64,000 bases of DNA, taken from contig CBDANS010000006.1 of NCBI GenBank assembly GCA_965197745.1, positions 352,001 through 416,000 of the forward strand, in the 5' to 3' direction. Both the position numbers and the translations under genes were made by a program. Below the pieces are notes generated by a model. That model made no database searches. It worked only from the letters and a program-made list of their open reading frames with translations, and had not been told where the DNA came from. Positions 9,684 through 20,417 of this stretch are shown piece after piece. The stretch comes from Opitutales bacterium (GTDB lineage Bacteria > Verrucomicrobiota > Verrucomicrobiia > Opitutales > PNEW01). Numbering within the stretch: the first letter of the stretch is position 1; the number at the start of each line of letters is the position of its first letter.

Positions 9684-10028
9684 TAGCTTAAAATCGGTCA
9701 AATCTCTAATTCAAACCTAGTGGTTAAACACCTTACACCTCTACGACAATCCCACTCTAACAATCGTTCCAAGTCTGGAAGAGAGTGTCCATATTATAAA
9801 TAATTCGAGGTATTTCAATTAAAGGGAATAACCTTAGCTTTTTATGCCTATTGTCGATTTTTTGATTGTTCCCCGTGGTTACTTTATAATAAATCCGCTA
9901 TTATGGACCCTGCAACTGGCATCTCTATCTATAAATTCTAATCTTGTGTTTTTACATGCCCCTTGCTAATCCGGATCGCAGTTACGCATTGAGAAACGAC
10001 AACGGGTGGCTATTATTATAAATTAGAT

Positions 10029-11378
10029 ATGGGGAAATCGACTCAAGAGTCAGCAATTGTAACTAATCGCCATAATGATTTGTACAATACTGCGCAGCTT
10101 TATTTACCGGGAGGAGTGTCTGCGTCCGCCCGAGCGAACGAAGCTTTGGGGCACCCTCTATACATATCTCGCGGCGATGGAGCGAAAATATATGATATAA
10201 ACGGCCGTGAGTATATCGACATGTGCATGTCCCATGGGGCTTCCTTACTTGGGCACAATCATCCTAAGATAAAAGCGGCGATCTCACGTGCATTAGATCT
10301 GGGAATCATTTGTTCATACGAAACCGAGCACCATTCCGCTTTAGCAAAAAGCATCACCGAGATGGTACCCTGTGCCGAGATGGTGCGCTTTGCGGGTTCA
10401 GGCACTGAAACCATTATACATGCATTGCGACTGGCGCGTTCCGCTACGGGCCGCGAGAAGATCATTAAATTCGAAGGGCACTTCCACGGCTATTCGGATG
10501 ATCTCAATTACAGTGTCGCACCCCCCCTCGATAAAGCCGGCCCTGAGGAAAACCCTCTTCCCTATCCACAGTCAACGGGGATGGCGAAGCACCTCACAGA
10601 CAATTTGATTGTCGTTCCCTTCAACGATTTTGCAGCACTGGAAAATGCATTTTCTGAACACGGGCAAGAGGTGGCAGCACTGATCATGGAACCCATCAAC
10701 TATGACGCAGGTTGTATTGTTCCAAAGCCAGGATTTATTCAATCCTGTCGCGATCTTTGTGATCAGCACGCTGTCCTGCTCTTTTTCGACGAAGTCCTCA
10801 CAGCTTTCCGTATGTCAAACGGGGGCGCACAAAAGTATCTTAATATAACACCTGACCTGTGTGTCCTGGGTAAAGCTTTCGGTGGCGGGATGCCAATCAG
10901 CGCTATTGCCGGTAAGCGAGAAGTTATGATGCATTTTCGTCCGGTGGGAGAAAGCGAACACAGTGGCACATACCTGTCACATTTGACCACGGTTCTTGCC
11001 GCGCAGGCAGCCTTGGATATATATGCTGAACCCGACTTTTATGATAACTTAAATAGAATCGGAGATAAATTTTACACCGGGTTCCAGGAGATAATTGATC
11101 GCAGTAGTCTGCCGGCACAATTACAATATGCGGGTCCCCGTTTTGGTATATATTTTGGGGTCACACATGAAGTGATAAACTACCGTGAAGCAGCCAACCA
11201 AAACCATGAGATGCTTTTAAAATTTATCGCGGGCTGTATCAATCGAGGGGTATACTTTCATGTCTCTCCCCACCACGGATTTTCATCTGCGCACACCGAA
11301 GAAGATATCGATCGCTCATTGGAAGGAATTGAGGGTGCTATGTCCGAGGTAAAAGACGCATTCCCCAACGGAAAATAA
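10029..11378 (+). CDS. Class-III PLP aminotransferase, glutamate-1-semialdehyde aminomutase-like paralog
   Basis: PGGVSASAR, SGTE, KFEGHFHG, FDEVLTAFR, LGKAFGGGMP; has EHSGTYLSH instead of the HemL YQAGTLSGNP. Confidence 0.85.
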   Translation: MGKSTQESAIVTNRHNDLYNTAQLYLPGGVSASARANEALGHPLYISRGDGAKIYDINGREYIDMCMSHGASLLGHNHPKIKAAISRALDLGIICSYETEHHSALAKSITEMVPCAEMVRFAGSGTETIIHALRLARSATGREKIIKFEGHFHGYSDDLNYSVAPPLDKAGPEENPLPYPQSTGMAKHLTDNLIVVPFNDFAALENAFSEHGQEVAALIMEPINYDAGCIVPKPGFIQSCRDLCDQHAVLLFFDEVLTAFRMSNGGAQKYLNITPDLCVLGKAFGGGMPISAIAGKREVMMHFRPVGESEHSGTYLSHLTTVLAAQAALDIYAEPDFYDNLNRIGDKFYTGFQEIIDRSSLPAQLQYAGPRFGIYFGVTHEVINYREAANQNHEMLLKFIAGCINRGVYFHVSPHHGFSSAHTEEDIDRSLEGIEGAMSEVKDAFPNGK

Positions 11379-11397
11379 ACATATAAAAGTAAATAAT

Positions 11398-12363
11398 ATG
11401 GAAAAGGTAAATGTTCTCTTTGCGGTAAGTGGACTGGAATCATACGTTGAGCGAATACAAGCGCTCTCACCCGGGTTGTCTATTCAAGCAGTTCAGAATT
11501 TGGATGAATTGAATAATAACCTAACCGAGGTTGAAGTGCTGGTCACAGAATTTCCCGATTTCGATTTAGAAAAGGGGCCCCAATTAAAGTGGGTGCATTG
11601 GTGGGGCACCGGAATCGAGTGCTTCAGTGATCAACCTATTATGCACAGCGATGTTGTTCTCACGAATGCGAGTGGTGTATCTTCTAAGCCCATTGCCGAG
11701 TATGTGCTTAGTCAGATGGTAAGTTTATCCCGCGATTACCCACGGATGATGCTCGACCATAAAGAACATTTTTGGAACAAAGATCACTTTCTGGAATACC
11801 GGCGTCCCGAATTGAGAGACAAAACGCTGGGAGTTATCGGTTACGGCAGTATCGGGCGTGAAATTGCGCGACTCGCCCAGTGCTTTGGCATGTCAGTAAT
11901 GGCCACGCGACGCTCATCGACCAGCCGGGAGATTGAAAAAGAAGTCGAAGTATTACCAAAAAATGACCTCGACCACTTGCTCGCAGCAAGTGATTTCATC
12001 GCCTTGAGCGTTCCCCTCACATCCGAAACAGAAGGTCTTATCGGCGAGGAGGAATTCAGGAAGATGAAACCAACTGCCTATATAATTAATATCACGCGGG
12101 GAAAAGTAATCAATGATAAGGCACTGGGGAAAGCATTGCGGGAAAACTGGATTGCAGGTGCGGCATTAGACGCTTTTGCCGAAGAACCTCTGCCCTCGAG
12201 CAGTGAACTCTGGGATTTACCGAATACTTTGATCACGCCTCATATCTCTGGAGATACCGACAGGCATAACGACCGTAACGCGGATGTATTTTGCGAAAAC
12301 CTGCGGCGTTATCTTAATGGAGAAGATCGCATAAACATTGTGGACATTGCCAGGGGCTATTAG
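11398..12363 (+). CDS. D-2-hydroxyacid dehydrogenase (NAD-binding)
   Basis: GVIGYGSIG, PLTSET, INITRGKV, AALDAF-EEPL, ITPHISG. Confidence 0.9.
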   Translation: MEKVNVLFAVSGLESYVERIQALSPGLSIQAVQNLDELNNNLTEVEVLVTEFPDFDLEKGPQLKWVHWWGTGIECFSDQPIMHSDVVLTNASGVSSKPIAEYVLSQMVSLSRDYPRMMLDHKEHFWNKDHFLEYRRPELRDKTLGVIGYGSIGREIARLAQCFGMSVMATRRSSTSREIEKEVEVLPKNDLDHLLAASDFIALSVPLTSETEGLIGEEEFRKMKPTAYIINITRGKVINDKALGKALRENWIAGAALDAFAEEPLPSSSELWDLPNTLITPHISGDTDRHNDRNADVFCENLRRYLNGEDRINIVDIARGY

Positions 12364-12403
12364 GGATTGAGTCAGTATTTAAAATATCAAAGAATAAGAA
12401 AAG

Positions 12404-13585
12404 ATGCAGCTCATTGATTATACGCGCGCATCCGTATTGATGCAGAAAGCAGGTCTGGAATTAATCCTCGCAAATTCAATAAGCAATGTAAGCTACCTGC
12501 TCGACTACTATTGTCACTGTATCAATAATTCAAGCTGGTTGCTTGATGATGGGAGCATGTTTTACCAGTCCTTTGTCGGACTGCCTGTGGATGAAAAGCA
12601 AACACCGTTTTTCACCCCCTGGGTAGGCGAAGGGGGGTTTTTTTCTGAAAATGAACCCTGGGTTAAAGATCGTTACTTCTATGGCCGTAAAATGCCGATT
12701 CCAGGTGTGGGCATAAACAATGAAAGACAAGCTGGTGATCCAGTCGAAGCAGCAGTATCAGCGATAAAAGACCGAAACCTGGCTTCATCATGTATTGGTG
12801 TGGAGATGGCTTCCCTACCTGTAGCATCCTATAAAAGATTGTGCGACGAATTACCCAAAGCCCGCTTTGCTGATGCCGGACCGCTCCTCTCGCAACTGCG
12901 ATCAGTTAAGGCTCCTGAAGAAGTCAGGCGAATGAAAATCGCTGGCAATACTACGGAGCATGCGATAAAAACAGCATACGACTCTGTGAAGGAAGGGACG
13001 ACAGAACTGGAATTTGAACATAATTTAAAAGTCTCCCTTGCTGAGGAAGGGGCCAAGTTTGTCTGGGCTCACGTCGCCTTTGGACCCAAGGGAGCTTCAG
13101 ATATAGTGCCGCGTGATGTGGCTGCCCGGCCAGGGGAAGCATTGCGTGTCGATACGGGTGGCAGCTATGGCGGCTATATCTGTGACATGTCTCGTGTGGG
13201 AGTGTTAGGCGATCCTGATCCCGAGCTTGTGAGAGCCATGGAGGCAACCTTTGAAACTTATAAAGCCGTACGGGGAGCCGTCAAAGCGGGGGCACGGGCG
13301 GGTGATCTTCATGAATTGGGATCACGGGTTATGAAAAGTAACAGTTATGAGCTATTTTCCTTTATGGTCGGTCATGGCATTGGTCGGGATGCGCACGAAT
13401 GGCCTTTTTTAGTTAAGGGAAGCGATATAATCCTGGAGGCCGGTATGACAATCTGTGTGGAAATCCCTCTTCGCATCCAGGGTCTTGGTTCAATCAACAT
13501 CGAGGACATGGTGCATGTAACAGAAAATGGTTGTGAATCAATCACCACTTCCAGTCCTGAACTCTACCTTATCAATCAAAATTGA
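12404..13585 (+). CDS. M24 (Xaa-Pro peptidase/creatinase-like) hydrolase
   Basis: RSVKAPEE, D-x10-D (VDTGG...CDMSR), GHGIG-DAHE, E, IEDMVHVT: complete metal ligand set. Confidence 0.88.
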   Translation: MQLIDYTRASVLMQKAGLELILANSISNVSYLLDYYCHCINNSSWLLDDGSMFYQSFVGLPVDEKQTPFFTPWVGEGGFFSENEPWVKDRYFYGRKMPIPGVGINNERQAGDPVEAAVSAIKDRNLASSCIGVEMASLPVASYKRLCDELPKARFADAGPLLSQLRSVKAPEEVRRMKIAGNTTEHAIKTAYDSVKEGTTELEFEHNLKVSLAEEGAKFVWAHVAFGPKGASDIVPRDVAARPGEALRVDTGGSYGGYICDMSRVGVLGDPDPELVRAMEATFETYKAVRGAVKAGARAGDLHELGSRVMKSNSYELFSFMVGHGIGRDAHEWPFLVKGSDIILEAGMTICVEIPLRIQGLGSINIEDMVHVTENGCESITTSSPELYLINQN

Positions 13586-13648
13586 TTCCATGGTGGGGTA
13601 TCGAACTTCACCCTTGGGACGAATTGTCGATTCCTTGCAAAGAATATT

Positions 13649-14022
13649 AACCACGGATTACGCGGATTCGGCGGATAAATACGAGAATGACTACGGATTA
13701 CGCGGATAGATACTGATGTTGATTTATGGAGTGTAAGATTAACGAATAGTACCGAGGGCCAGGAGCGAAGCCCGACATCACCCATTCAACACCTAAAAGA
13801 ACATGGACAGAAAAGAAATCTGTAATGTAGAAAATAGCCTTCGCTTCACTCGCATTTGCGAGTGCTAGAACGATCCGTTCAGGTATTTACACAACAATTT
13901 TGTGTAAATACCTGAGTTGGCGTTCAGAAGCGCTACCGCGCGCAGCGAAGACGATTTTCCACATTACAGATTCCCTTTTTACCTTTTGAAATTTATCCGT
14001 GTAATCCGTGATATCCGCGGTA
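13649..14022. repeat. Large nested inverted-repeat intergenic element
   Basis: Perfect 16-bp stem 13879-13894/13900-13915; 26/29 arms 13817-13845/13944-13972; CGGAT-type 9-mer arrays in opposite orientation at 13649-13680 and 13991-14022. Confidence 0.85.
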
Positions 14023-14200
14023 TTATACTTTGGAGATTTCGCTGTGTTCTCGTATTGCCTTTTGCTTTGCCTGATATAGTCACGTAGCTGCGGGACGGTC
14101 AGCCCGCGCTCAAGCTATGGCCGTTCAAGACTGAAATTATCATAGTTTCTATCCAATTGGCTATTGCAAACCAGCTTCTGGAATTCGACAATTGAAAGCC

Positions 14201-15070
14201 ATGAATGATTCCAGCTGGAAACCCCTGGAAGGGAATATAGATGAAATGCTGAAGGAGAATAACAATCCCATAGGAGCGTTAGCGGCTGGGGAGATACCCG
14301 CGATTATTTTGCGCAATGCTTATCCCTCAGAAATGTGTTCACAACTTGTCGCGCGTTTCTATGAGCGGGATCTGGTCCCCGGCCTGCCAAAGCCCGGCGA
14401 ACTCATCACCGGGAAGCGTGACTTTGAACGCATAGATATCGGCACCAGTCTCTCCAATATCGGTGATGATCAAAATCATTTTTTCGCTGATGCTGAAAAG
14501 ACTACCCAACTCTATGAAACGCTCTTTGCAGGGATGCAAAATCCCATTCACCAACTATACGAAACCATCACCCGTTTATCACCGGGGAAACAGGCAGTGA
14601 CCGCCTACGAGCCTGATGGACGTCATTATGGGGCTGCAATTTTTCGTTGTCATATGCCCGACTGGGGCTATCCACCGCATATCGACTCGGTAAGTATTCG
14701 TGATGGGCGAACGAATTACGCTGTTCACCGGTTTCATACCCAATTGGGGGGTATATTACTGGTGCAAGCACCGGAAAAAAAACCAACCGGTTTTGATTCC
14801 ATCATACACCGCAGTGAATGGAATAAAAATCTGGAACTGGAACATTATAGCGCAGGGGGTATAGGCGTTCTAACAAAATCTTTTTATGAATACGCTGAAA
14901 AAAATCGGATCGAAAGTTACGGCGTGTCGCTAGCTGAAGGAGACATTTATTTTTTTAACTCCCACCGACTTCATGAGGCGCCGCGTTTTACGGGCAATCG
15001 TCCACGGATTGTCTTGGCTACCTTTTTCGGTTACACAGACGATGATCCCGAAATATTTGTCTGGTCATAA
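14201..15070 (+). CDS. Fe(II)/2-oxoglutarate-dependent oxygenase-like protein
   Basis: PPHID (HxD), GDIYFFNSHRLHE (distal His), RPRIVLATF (2OG-binding Arg). Confidence 0.7.
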   Translation: MNDSSWKPLEGNIDEMLKENNNPIGALAAGEIPAIILRNAYPSEMCSQLVARFYERDLVPGLPKPGELITGKRDFERIDIGTSLSNIGDDQNHFFADAEKTTQLYETLFAGMQNPIHQLYETITRLSPGKQAVTAYEPDGRHYGAAIFRCHMPDWGYPPHIDSVSIRDGRTNYAVHRFHTQLGGILLVQAPEKKPTGFDSIIHRSEWNKNLELEHYSAGGIGVLTKSFYEYAEKNRIESYGVSLAEGDIYFFNSHRLHEAPRFTGNRPRIVLATFFGYTDDDPEIFVWS

Positions 15071-15134
15071 GGATATTAGTAAAGGGCCAAACAAGGTATT
15101 CACCATGCGTCATAATGATTAATCAAAGAAAAAG

Positions 15135-16328
15135 ATGATACTTTTCGACGAAGAAAAAGCATCATTAATGATGCAATCACAGGGTGTGGACATTATACTG
15201 GCCCACAGCCTGATCAATGGCGGCTTTCTCGCTGACCATTGGAAGCACGAAATCGTTTCAAGCTTTGGATCCTACATGACCGACGATGATGGGGTCCCCT
15301 ACCAGTTAATCGTCGGTCTGCCCGGTGACCGAAAGATAGAACCATTTATTACCTGCAGAACCGGGGGTGAAGAAGGCGACATGTTTTATACCGAGGTATG
15401 GATTGAAGATAAACGCTTTTGGGGACCCGGCACGGCGAACCGGGAATCAAATTCTCCCTTTGGACCCTATAACCAAATTTATAGTGATCCCATGGAAGCT
15501 GCCGTAGATGCCTTGCGTGACCGCAACCTTGATCGCGGGACGATCGGTATTGAAATGCGTTTCCTCGGTATAGATCCCTACCATCGTTTAAAAAGCCTTT
15601 TACCAGAAGCGACTTTTGTCGACGCAAACCCATTGCTGAATGACTTGCGTATGGTTAAAACCGAGGAAGAAGTCCGACGCATGCGCATCGCCGCCAGGGC
15701 AACAGAAAAAGCAATCGAAGCTGCATTTAAAACAATTGAGGAAGGGACAACCGGCCTGGACATGGAACGTATCGTCGGTGCCACGCACTATGAAGAAGGG
15801 GTGCGGCATGAGTGGCTGCATACTAATGTAGGCCCCAGTGGCGCGCAGGTCATCTGTCCTAATAACACATCGGTAAATCGCGGTGAAATCTTAAGGTTGG
15901 ATGTGGGCGCCAGCTACAGACATTATCAGAGTGATATATCGCGGGTCAGTGTATTAGGTGAACCCTCACCTGAGCTTCTTAAAACGCACCGTGGGATGCG
16001 CAAGGCATTGGACGCAGTGGTAGAAGCCGCGCGGCCGGGCGTTACTGCTGGTCATCTTTTTACGGTCGGAAATACTGTCGTTGAAGATGAAGGGCTTGAA
16101 AACTTTTTAACTATCGTCGGGCATGGTGTGGGGCGCGACATTCATGAAATGCCTTTCCTCAAAGAGGGTAATCCGATAATAATGGAATCAGGCATGACCT
16201 TAGCGATCGAATTGGCAACGATGATAAAACACCTGGGTTGTATCGCTCTCGAAGACGATATCGTTATTACAAAGGATGGCTGCGAAGCGTTGAGCACGAC
16301 AGGACGCGAACTTTATATAGTCGAATAA
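15135..16328 (+). CDS. M24 (Xaa-Pro peptidase-like) hydrolase, second paralog
   Basis: RMVKTEEE, LDVGA...SDISR, GHGVGRDIHE, LEDDIVIT. Confidence 0.88.
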   Translation: MILFDEEKASLMMQSQGVDIILAHSLINGGFLADHWKHEIVSSFGSYMTDDDGVPYQLIVGLPGDRKIEPFITCRTGGEEGDMFYTEVWIEDKRFWGPGTANRESNSPFGPYNQIYSDPMEAAVDALRDRNLDRGTIGIEMRFLGIDPYHRLKSLLPEATFVDANPLLNDLRMVKTEEEVRRMRIAARATEKAIEAAFKTIEEGTTGLDMERIVGATHYEEGVRHEWLHTNVGPSGAQVICPNNTSVNRGEILRLDVGASYRHYQSDISRVSVLGEPSPELLKTHRGMRKALDAVVEAARPGVTAGHLFTVGNTVVEDEGLENFLTIVGHGVGRDIHEMPFLKEGNPIIMESGMTLAIELATMIKHLGCIALEDDIVITKDGCEALSTTGRELYIVE

Positions 16329-16386
16329 ATTCTTTAAAAACCAAATAAAAGTTAGCGCGACAGTACCCAGCTTTACGGTAATTAAG

Positions 16387-18327
16387 TTGGATCATAAAAA
16401 GCTTATCTTTTTATCATCCATAATTCTCAGCATAATCCTATCTGGCTGTTTAGCGCCTGATCCCAATCTGGAACCCTTGTCCAAAGCAGAGGAAGGTGAG
16501 CAAACTTCTAACCGCGAAGTAAAAACAACCGCGCCCACCAGCATCGATCCGATGATCCTTGCCAATCGCGCGTTTCGTGAGGCACCGATGCTCACCGCGA
16601 AAGTTAAAGCCGGCGGATTACCTCCGGTCAGTGAACGACTGCCTGATAACCCACTTGTCATCGTCCCGCTCGAAGAAATTGGCACTTACGGCGGCACCAT
16701 TCGCCGCGCGCTCACCGGTGATGTTATCCAGACGCAAGGACCGGTCAAAGCCTTCAATGAAAATCTGATGGGCTATGAGCGCCCCTACCCTCCAAAAAGT
16801 ATTCAACTTAACCTGGCAGAAAGCTTTGAACTCTCCGACGACGGAAAAACTGCAATCGCGAGAATACGAAAAGGGGTCAAGTGGTCGGATGGTGTCCCCT
16901 TCACCGTCGACGACATTCTCTTCTGGTATTATGACATGGAATTTAACGATAACGCGCGACGGCCTACACGTCCCATTCCACCCGCTCACTGGCGAGTCGA
17001 TGGCAAGCCTATTAAATTTGAAAAGATCGATGATCTTACCCTTAAGATATCCTCCCAAAAACCGTTAGGGAGGGTTCGCCAAGCCCTCAGCCACGAAGAG
17101 ATTGCTTACCCCAAACACATTCTCGCCAAACATCACCCCAAATATAACCCGGAAGCCAACTACAAAGACTTTCGTGATCTCACGACCGACTCGCAACTAA
17201 TCATGGAACCGGACTTGCCCCGACTCTCGGCCTGGGTTCCCGTGGAATGGATTCGTGGACAGCGGATTGTTTATGAACGCAATCCTTATTACTGGAAAGT
17301 TGATAGCGCGGGAAACCAGCTGCCCTATGCAGACCGGTACACTTTTGATGTCATTCAGGATCCCAAAGTCATCCTTCTGAAATTCATCAATAGTGAATTT
17401 GACTTGTTTGGAAGGTATTTTCAAATGGACATGTATCCCACACTTAAATCGGAAGAGATAAAAGGGAGATTTAAACTTCGCGTATCCGGTCCTATAGGCG
17501 CCCAGGCTTACTACCTCAACTGGGATGCGCACAATCCCATGCTTCGTGAGGCATTCAGGAATAAGAATGTGCGAATGGGGCTTTCTCACGCTATCAACAG
17601 GGAAGAAATTAAAGAAATTATTTATTTTGGTCTCCTTCTACCTTCCGGTTATTCATTCGGACCCCTTGATCCTTATTTTTCCGAGGAAGTCTATAAAAAA
17701 TATTCTGAATATAATCCAAAATTGGCACGCGAACTACTGGACAAGGAGGGTTATCGTGATACTGACGGTGATGGATTTCGCGAGCTGAAAGATGGATCCC
17801 GTTTTGAGCTAAATATCGATGTGACTTCTTCGCAAAAGATTGCCGTCGATGTCTGCGAGCTGGTTACGGAACATTGGAAAGCAATCGGAATTAAGGCTAA
17901 CTTAAATCCTGCTCTTAGGGACATCATTATACCCCGCCGTTTGAACGGCGAATTTGACATTCACACCTGGGTTCAAGAGGGACACACCGACATTCTCGGT
18001 CGCATGTTTGACTATGGAATAACGGGCTCAATTTTCCCCTTCTGGCACCGAAATGCCCAACAAGAAGGACCGGAATGGTTACACGAGGTTACGCGTTATA
18101 TCAATTTAGCTATCACCACCGTCGATGCAGCCAAGCTTAGCGAGTATATGAACCACATTCGCGACCTGCATACGGATAACATTCCCGTTATCGTTGTCGG
18201 CTCGGCTTATTTTGTGTGGGGTGCTAACTCCCGCCTGGGTAATGTGCCTTGGACAAGCACCAATGCTTATGTTTACCGGGGCTGGGGTCGCTCACTTTAT
18301 AACGAGCAGATTTACATCAATCAATAA
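16387..18327 (+). CDS. ABC transporter substrate-binding lipoprotein, family 5
   Basis: Lipobox LSGC, LPPVSERLP, KGVKWSDGVPFTVDD, ERNPYYWKVD-GNQLPY. Confidence 0.9.
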   Translation: MDHKKLIFLSSIILSIILSGCLAPDPNLEPLSKAEEGEQTSNREVKTTAPTSIDPMILANRAFREAPMLTAKVKAGGLPPVSERLPDNPLVIVPLEEIGTYGGTIRRALTGDVIQTQGPVKAFNENLMGYERPYPPKSIQLNLAESFELSDDGKTAIARIRKGVKWSDGVPFTVDDILFWYYDMEFNDNARRPTRPIPPAHWRVDGKPIKFEKIDDLTLKISSQKPLGRVRQALSHEEIAYPKHILAKHHPKYNPEANYKDFRDLTTDSQLIMEPDLPRLSAWVPVEWIRGQRIVYERNPYYWKVDSAGNQLPYADRYTFDVIQDPKVILLKFINSEFDLFGRYFQMDMYPTLKSEEIKGRFKLRVSGPIGAQAYYLNWDAHNPMLREAFRNKNVRMGLSHAINREEIKEIIYFGLLLPSGYSFGPLDPYFSEEVYKKYSEYNPKLARELLDKEGYRDTDGDGFRELKDGSRFELNIDVTSSQKIAVDVCELVTEHWKAIGIKANLNPALRDIIIPRRLNGEFDIHTWVQEGHTDILGRMFDYGITGSIFPFWHRNAQQEGPEWLHEVTRYINLAITTVDAAKLSEYMNHIRDLHTDNIPVIVVGSAYFVWGANSRLGNVPWTSTNAYVYRGWGRSLYNEQIYINQ

Positions 18328-18345
18328 ACACTATTTCGGACGAGA

Positions 18346-20292
18346 ATGGATACTATGTATCGACGAATTTTACCCGCGATCCTATCTTTGATTCTCGGCC
18401 TTATCCTGTTTAGTTGTTTAGCACCTGACCCCGATCTTGAACCCCTTACCGAAACCGATAATAAAGAAATTATCACGCAACGTGAAATAAAAACCCGGGC
18501 TCCATTAAAAATTGACCCCGCAATACTCACCGCCCGCAGCTTTAATGAGGCACCGATATTGGCCGTGAAAGTTAAAGCCGGTGAACTGCCACCGGTCAGT
18601 GAACGACTACCGGATAACCCGCTGGTCGCTGTTCCATTAGAAGAAATTGGTCAATACGGGGGCACTATTCGCCGGGCTCTCACCAGTGACATCGCTCAAA
18701 CACAAGGCCCAGTCAAGGCCTTCAATGATAACCTTATGGGTTATGAACGCCCCTACCCTCCAAAAAGTATTCAGCTCAATCTCGCTGATTACTTCGCATT
18801 ATCCGACGATGGAAAAACAGCCATTGTAAATATTCGAAAAGGGGTCAAGTGGTCGGACGGCGTTCCCTTCACTGTCGACGATATTCTCTTCTGGTATTAC
18901 GACATGGCCTTTAACGACAGCGCGCGCAGCACGCCACCGATACCACCACCCTATTGGCAAGTGGATGGTAAACCGATTAAATTAGAAAAAATCGATGATC
19001 GCACCCTGAAGATTTCCTCTCCCAAACCCCTGGGGCGTGTCCGCAGGGCGCTCAGTCACGAAGACATTGCCTACCCCAAACACATCCTCGCCAGGCACCA
19101 CCCCAAATACAATCCCGATGCCAATTACAAGGACTTTCGCGATCTCACGACCAGCGCCCAGCTGGTCATGCGTCCGGGTCTGCCCCGACTCTCCGCATGG
19201 GTCCCCGTGGAATGGGTGCCTGGTCAACGCATCGTCTACGAGCGAAACCCCTACTACTGGAAGATTGACAGTGAAGGAAACCAGCTACCCTACGCTGACA
19301 GGTACACCTTTGAAATCATTCAGGACCCAAAAGTTCTGCTCCTGAATTTTATCAATAGTGAACTCGATCTTTTCGGAAGGTATTTTCAGATGGATATGTA
19401 TCCCACGCTTAGATCGGAAGAACAAAAAGGGCGTTTTAAGCTTCGTATCTCGGGACCCATTTCCGGCCCCGCTTTCTATCTGAATTGGGACGCGCACAAT
19501 CCCGCGCTGCGGGAAGCATTTCAGAACATAAATGTGCGCATCGCTCTATCCCATGCTATCAACCGGGAAGAAATCAAGGAGATCATATATTTTGGATTAT
19601 TCAACCCGTCCGGTTATTCGTTTGGCCCGCCCAATCCTTATTACTCAAAGGAAGCCCACATGAAATATTCCGAATACGATCCTGAAAAATCGCGCGCCTT
19701 ACTGGAAACGTCAGGGTATCGTGATACCGATGGTGACGGGTTTCGTGAATTCAAAGATGGAACCCGATTTGAGATGAACATCAACGTAACTTCAACCCAA
19801 AAAATTGGTGTCGATGTTTGCGAACTTGTTTCTGAACATTGGGGAAAAATTGGCATTAAGGCTAACCTAAATCCGATGCTCAGAGAACTGATCTCGGCTC
19901 GCTGGTTAAGCGGCGAATTTGATATCCATCACTGGGGACAATCTGGGCATACCGATCCTCTCGGCCAAATGTTTATGTGGGCAATTTCGAGCCCAATGAC
20001 CCCCTATTGGCATCGTAATGCGCATAAAGAAGGCCCTGATTGGTTACACGAAGCAACCCGTAATGTCGAACGAGTACTCACCACTGTCGATCCGGTAAAA
20101 GTCCGCGAGTATATGATCCGCCTTCGCGACCTGCATACCGATAATATTCCGGTTATCGTTACTGGCTCGACTTACTTTGTGTGGGGCGCGCACACACGCC
20201 TCGGCAATGTCCCCTGGACAAGCACACACGCCTATGTCTATCGGGGCTGGGGTCGCTCTCTCTACAACGAACAGATTTATATTAAACAATAA
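18346..20292 (+). CDS. ABC transporter substrate-binding lipoprotein, family 5 (tandem paralog)
   Basis: Lipobox LFSC; colinear with and highly similar to 16387-18327. Confidence 0.9.
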   Translation: MDTMYRRILPAILSLILGLILFSCLAPDPDLEPLTETDNKEIITQREIKTRAPLKIDPAILTARSFNEAPILAVKVKAGELPPVSERLPDNPLVAVPLEEIGQYGGTIRRALTSDIAQTQGPVKAFNDNLMGYERPYPPKSIQLNLADYFALSDDGKTAIVNIRKGVKWSDGVPFTVDDILFWYYDMAFNDSARSTPPIPPPYWQVDGKPIKLEKIDDRTLKISSPKPLGRVRRALSHEDIAYPKHILARHHPKYNPDANYKDFRDLTTSAQLVMRPGLPRLSAWVPVEWVPGQRIVYERNPYYWKIDSEGNQLPYADRYTFEIIQDPKVLLLNFINSELDLFGRYFQMDMYPTLRSEEQKGRFKLRISGPISGPAFYLNWDAHNPALREAFQNINVRIALSHAINREEIKEIIYFGLFNPSGYSFGPPNPYYSKEAHMKYSEYDPEKSRALLETSGYRDTDGDGFREFKDGTRFEMNINVTSTQKIGVDVCELVSEHWGKIGIKANLNPMLRELISARWLSGEFDIHHWGQSGHTDPLGQMFMWAISSPMTPYWHRNAHKEGPDWLHEATRNVERVLTTVDPVKVREYMIRLRDLHTDNIPVIVTGSTYFVWGAHTRLGNVPWTSTHAYVYRGWGRSLYNEQIYIKQ

Positions 20293-20417
20293 ATTCCCCC
20301 TTTTGACCCAAATAAAAAATTCGATCTGCTATTTATTGTCTTATCTATTCTTATGGGTACAAGTTTTATAGATAGGGGATGCCTCAACTTACTTTCGAAA
20401 TCGAATAAGCACTTACG

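Noticed and set aside
10029..11378. Calling the gene hemL
   Set aside because: HemL-specific motifs are altered and the context is catabolic
13527..13785. Short ORFs on both strands
   Set aside because: They overlap the 9-mer repeat array and are likely by-products of it
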